Origin: Okeania sp.
GTDB lineage: Bacteria; Cyanobacteriota; Cyanobacteriia; Cyanobacteriales; Microcoleaceae
DNA: 32,000 bases
Direction of reading: 5' to 3'
Assembly: GCF_035285525.1 (NCBI RefSeq)
Contig: NZ_JAYKGW010000109.1
Location: 1-32,000 of the forward strand
Position 1 is the stretch's first letter. Each line of letters starts with the position of its first letter. The translations under genes were made by a program, and so were the position numbers. The notes below the pieces were generated by a model that was given only the letters and a program-made list of their open reading frames with translations, had not been told where the DNA came from and did no database searches. Below, piece by piece: positions 29,086 through 32,000 of the stretch.

Positions 29086-30971
29086 ATGGATTTAGATACT
29101 TTATTAGAACATATAGATATTGGGGAAGACCAAGATATTGAGTTTAAGTCTGCTAAAAATACTTTACCCAAAGATATTTTGCCAACTCTCTCAGCTTTTG
29201 CTAATACAGATGGCGGCTATATAATATTAGGAGTTAGTGAAACTGATGATGGATTTATTATTTCAGGAGTTAATAATCCAGAAAATTTAATAACCCAATT
29301 TTGGAATAATCATAATAATCCTGAAAAATTGAGTTTTCCTATTTGCTCTAATTACAATTTGGAAATTAAAGAAATTGACAGTAGTAAACTTATTATTATT
29401 CCAGTTCCTAGAGCAACTCGTACTCAACGTCCTGTTTATATTAATAAAAATCTAATGACAGGAACATATAAACGTAACTATTCTGGAGACTACCACTGCA
29501 CTGAAGTAGAAATTAAGCAGATGTTGCGAGATGCAAGTAATGATCCCCAAGATTATCAAATTTTAGATAATTTTAATTTTGACGATCTAGATCCAGAAAC
29601 TATGAAAGCATTTCGACAACGTTTTAGTAATAGAGAACCGGATCATCCTTACTTGGAACTTGACGATAAAAATTTACTCCTTTAGTTGGGAGGATGGAAA
29701 CGCGATCGCGCCACAAATCAAGAGGGATTAACTTATGCTGGGTTACTAATGTTTGGTCGTGAACGTAGTATTTTAGATGCTTTTCCTCATTACCACTTAG
29801 ATTATCAAGAACGTTTCTCTAGCGATCCAGACCAAAGGTGGGATTATCGTTTAACCCTTGATGGTAAATGGGAACCAAATTTATTTAATTTTTATTATCG
29901 TGTTTATAATCGTTTGGTTAACGATTTAGATGTACCATTTAAACTTGATAAAGATGCTACTCGTAGAGAAGAAACTCATGTTCATCAAGGTATAAGAGAA
30001 GCATTAGTAAATACTCTAATTCATGCCGATCATCTATCTACAAAATCATTAGTTATCATCAAGTCTAAACAAGGTTTTATATTTTCTAATCCCGGTCGTC
30101 TGAGAATACCTATTGATGTTTTGTATCAAGGTGGTCAAAGCGATCCTCGTAATCCTAAATTACAAAAAATGTTTCAAATGTTAGGATTAGGAGAAAAAGC
30201 AGGTTCTGGATTTAGAAAAATTCTCAGAGCATGGAAAGAACAACAATGGTTTATTCCTTTTGTATCAGAAAAGCTTGATATAGAAGTAACATCTTTATTG
30301 TTACCAATGGTTAGTTTTATACCAGAAAATATAGAAAAAGAATTAAAGGAAATAGTCGGAAATAATTATTATAATTTAACAGAATTAGAGCGTATTATTT
30401 TGGTAATTACTCATAAGTTTGGAGAAGTTAGTAATACAGATATTCAACGTTATAGAAAAGAGCATCCTACAGATATAAGTAAATGTTTAAAAGGTCTAGT
30501 TGATCATGGTTGTTTAGAGAAATCTGGTCACGGTAAAGGTACGCGCTATAATCTACCAAACCAAGGTCAGCTTGATTTATTTTCGTTGTTGAATAACTCT
30601 GAGCATAACAAACTTAGCTCCGAGCATAACCAACCTAGCTCCGAGCATAACGAACCTAACTCCGAGCATAATCCAGAAAAAGAATTAATAGATATTGCAA
30701 CTCCAGTCAGAGAAAAGAAACGAGTAAGTCGAGAACTAATGATAACCACAATTTTTAATCTATGCTCAAATGGGTATATAAATCTCAAAACATTACATTA
30801 GCTGAACTTTTGGATAGAAATCCAGACACTATTAGAACTCATTATATCAATTCTATGGTAAAAGAAGGTAGCTTACAACTTCAATATCCAGATAAACCTC
30901 ATCATCCACAGCAAGCATATAAAACTGCATCCAACCAAAATGACAAATTTAATCAGCTTGCTGAGGATTAA
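29086..30971 (+). pseudogene. AlbA_2 (Schlafen-type DNA-binding) / HATPase_c_4 / wHTH putative regulator, interrupted by an in-frame TAG and a frameshift
   Basis: ORFs 29086-29685 and 29686-30801 are in the same frame, separated only by TAG 29683-29685. The C-terminal LAELLDRNPDTIRTHYINSMVKEGSLQLQYPDKPHHPQQAY continues in another frame after the A-run near 30786-30791. Confidence 0.7.
30598..30672 (+). repeat. In-frame 21-nt tandem repeat (3.5 units) encoding SEHNxxS heptads
   Basis: TCYGAGCATAACNAACYTARC at 30598, 30619, 30640 and 30661. Confidence 0.9.
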
Positions 30972-30974
30972 CCA

Positions 30975-31424
30975 TTATCCATTATCCATTAATGAATCAA
31001 CTCTTGGTCTCAAACCATAATAACGATACCGCAAATAATCTTGAAGAATACGGTCGTGATCAAAACAAAGATTTGTCGGAATCTGCCAAGGTTCAAACAC
31101 AGCTAAATTTTTAGCATCATCTGCTGCTTTCGGTTCCCCAGTTGCAGTGGCAATAAATACCACACTCATTGTATGTTGACGGGGGTCGCGGTTGGGGTCA
31201 GAATAAACATAAAATTGTTCGATTAATTTTACTTCCAAACTCGTTTCTTCTTTTGCTTCCCGTTTTGCTGCAGTTTCGACAGTTTCTCCATAGTCAACAA
31301 ACCCACCAGGAATCGCCCAACCGAAAGGTTCGTTTTTTCTTTCTATCAAAACAATAGGCCGTCCTGGTTTATTAATTAATTCGATAATAATATCAACAGT
31401 GGGAGTAGGATTACGATAAGTCAT
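30975..31424 (-). CDS. Nudix hydrolase
   Basis: 149-aa ORF with Nudix box [24 protein letters not shown]. The last codons and the stop (ATGGATAATGGATAA) are formed by the ATTATCC heptamer repeat. Confidence 0.85.
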   Translation of the reverse strand: MTYRNPTPTVDIIIELINKPGRPIVLIERKNEPFGWAIPGGFVDYGETVETAAKREAKEETSLEVKLIEQFYVYSDPNRDPRQHTMSVVFIATATGEPKAADDAKNLAVFEPWQIPTNLCFDHDRILQDYLRYRYYGLRPRVDSLMDNG

Positions 31425-31868
31425 TTCAGTTATCAGTTATAGCGCTACGCGCTAGGGAATAGGGAACACAGAAGGTGGGAACAGCGGTCAAGGGATGGCG
31501 AGATTCCTCGCGATATCCAATCGACCAAGAGAGGGAACAGGAAACTATCAAAGGATTTTTCATATAGGGAAATGCTCCGCAAACAGGATTTAGAAATTTC
31601 CGCGCCCTTTACTTCAACTGTTATATCAGTTATCAATACCACCTACTGAACTAGGAAGTAAGAAAATCTGGTATTTTTTTGTTCCCAGAACTTATGCAGA
31701 AACCGAGTTTATCAACAAAAGCTCGTCGTTTAGGACAAATAGGGCAATAAATCTAGTTTCTTGGTTGAGAAATAATCATACAAAATTTTATCTGCCTTGA
31801 CAACAGTTACCAAGAAATTTTAGATTTTGATTATATACTGAATATTATGTTTATTATGTCCAAATTTA

Positions 31869-32000
31869 ATGATGAGCGATCGCCGTTACTTTTTAAAATT
31901 TCTAGGTCTAAGTTTATTAGCAACCCAACTTACTACTAATAAGCATTTCCAGAGTGTTGCTTCAGCAGCATCGCCTCTACCCATCCTCAAACCACCCCGC
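31869..32000 (+). CDS. 5' part of a Tat-exported protein (runs off the window); possibly an S66 LD-carboxypeptidase
   Basis: MMSDRRYFLKFLGLSLLATQL...ASAASPLPILKPPR fits the twin-arginine consensus (RRxFLK). The product guess rests only on the KPPR(L) junction and is weak. Confidence 0.4.
   Translation, partial: MMSDRRYFLKFLGLSLLATQLTTNKHFQSVASAASPLPILKPPR

Noticed and set aside
29683-29685. In-frame TAG as programmed recoding (pyrrolysine or read-through)
   Set aside because: There is no support for Pyl machinery in cyanobacteria. The same gene also carries a frameshift, so decay or sequencing error is the simpler reading.
1-32000. tRNA, rRNA, known riboswitches, transposases, prophage or defence-island genes
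   Set aside because: Scanning by eye found no tRNA T-arm/acceptor pattern or rRNA-like segment, and no ORF with transposase, integrase, Cas, RT or nuclease signatures. The mobile-looking DNA is all non-autonomous.

Overview
AT-rich (about one third G+C by eye) chromosomal segment that looks like a filamentous, Nostocales-type cyanobacterium. The evidence is 14 perfect HIP1 octamers (GCGATCGC), many heptamer STRR-type tandem repeats, and cyanobacterial housekeeping genes: rbcR/ycf30-type LysR regulator, NnrU-family protein, TrxC-type thioredoxin with WCGLC, Ppx/GppA, RidA and a Nudix hydrolase. The intact gene set is dominated by signalling proteins. These are a multi-PAS/GAF HisKA_2 histidine kinase, a REC-(degenerate GGDEF)-EAL response regulator, a soluble protein with a degenerate MCP signalling domain, a 1.2-kaa multi-PAS class III adenylate cyclase, and a caspase-fold protein with a substituted catalytic dyad. 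By my calls only about 17.8 kb of 32 kb is intact coding sequence. About 3.7 kb is recognisable gene wreckage: an acpH stub, a pentapeptide-repeat gene, a PLP threonine/serine dehydratase, and an AlbA_2/HATPase_c_4 regulator. The remaining intergenic DNA is packed with small, relatively GC-rich, hairpin-forming dispersed repeats and MITE-like elements, often nested in one another. I found no rRNA, tRNA, CRISPR array, transposase, prophage gene or convincing multi-gene novel system. The most unusual directly visible items are: (i) filled-versus-empty-site evidence for very small nested inserts, (ii) four tandem, partly nucleotide-identical sensor modules inside the cyclase gene, (iii) the pseudogene density, and (iv) several atypical signalling proteins.
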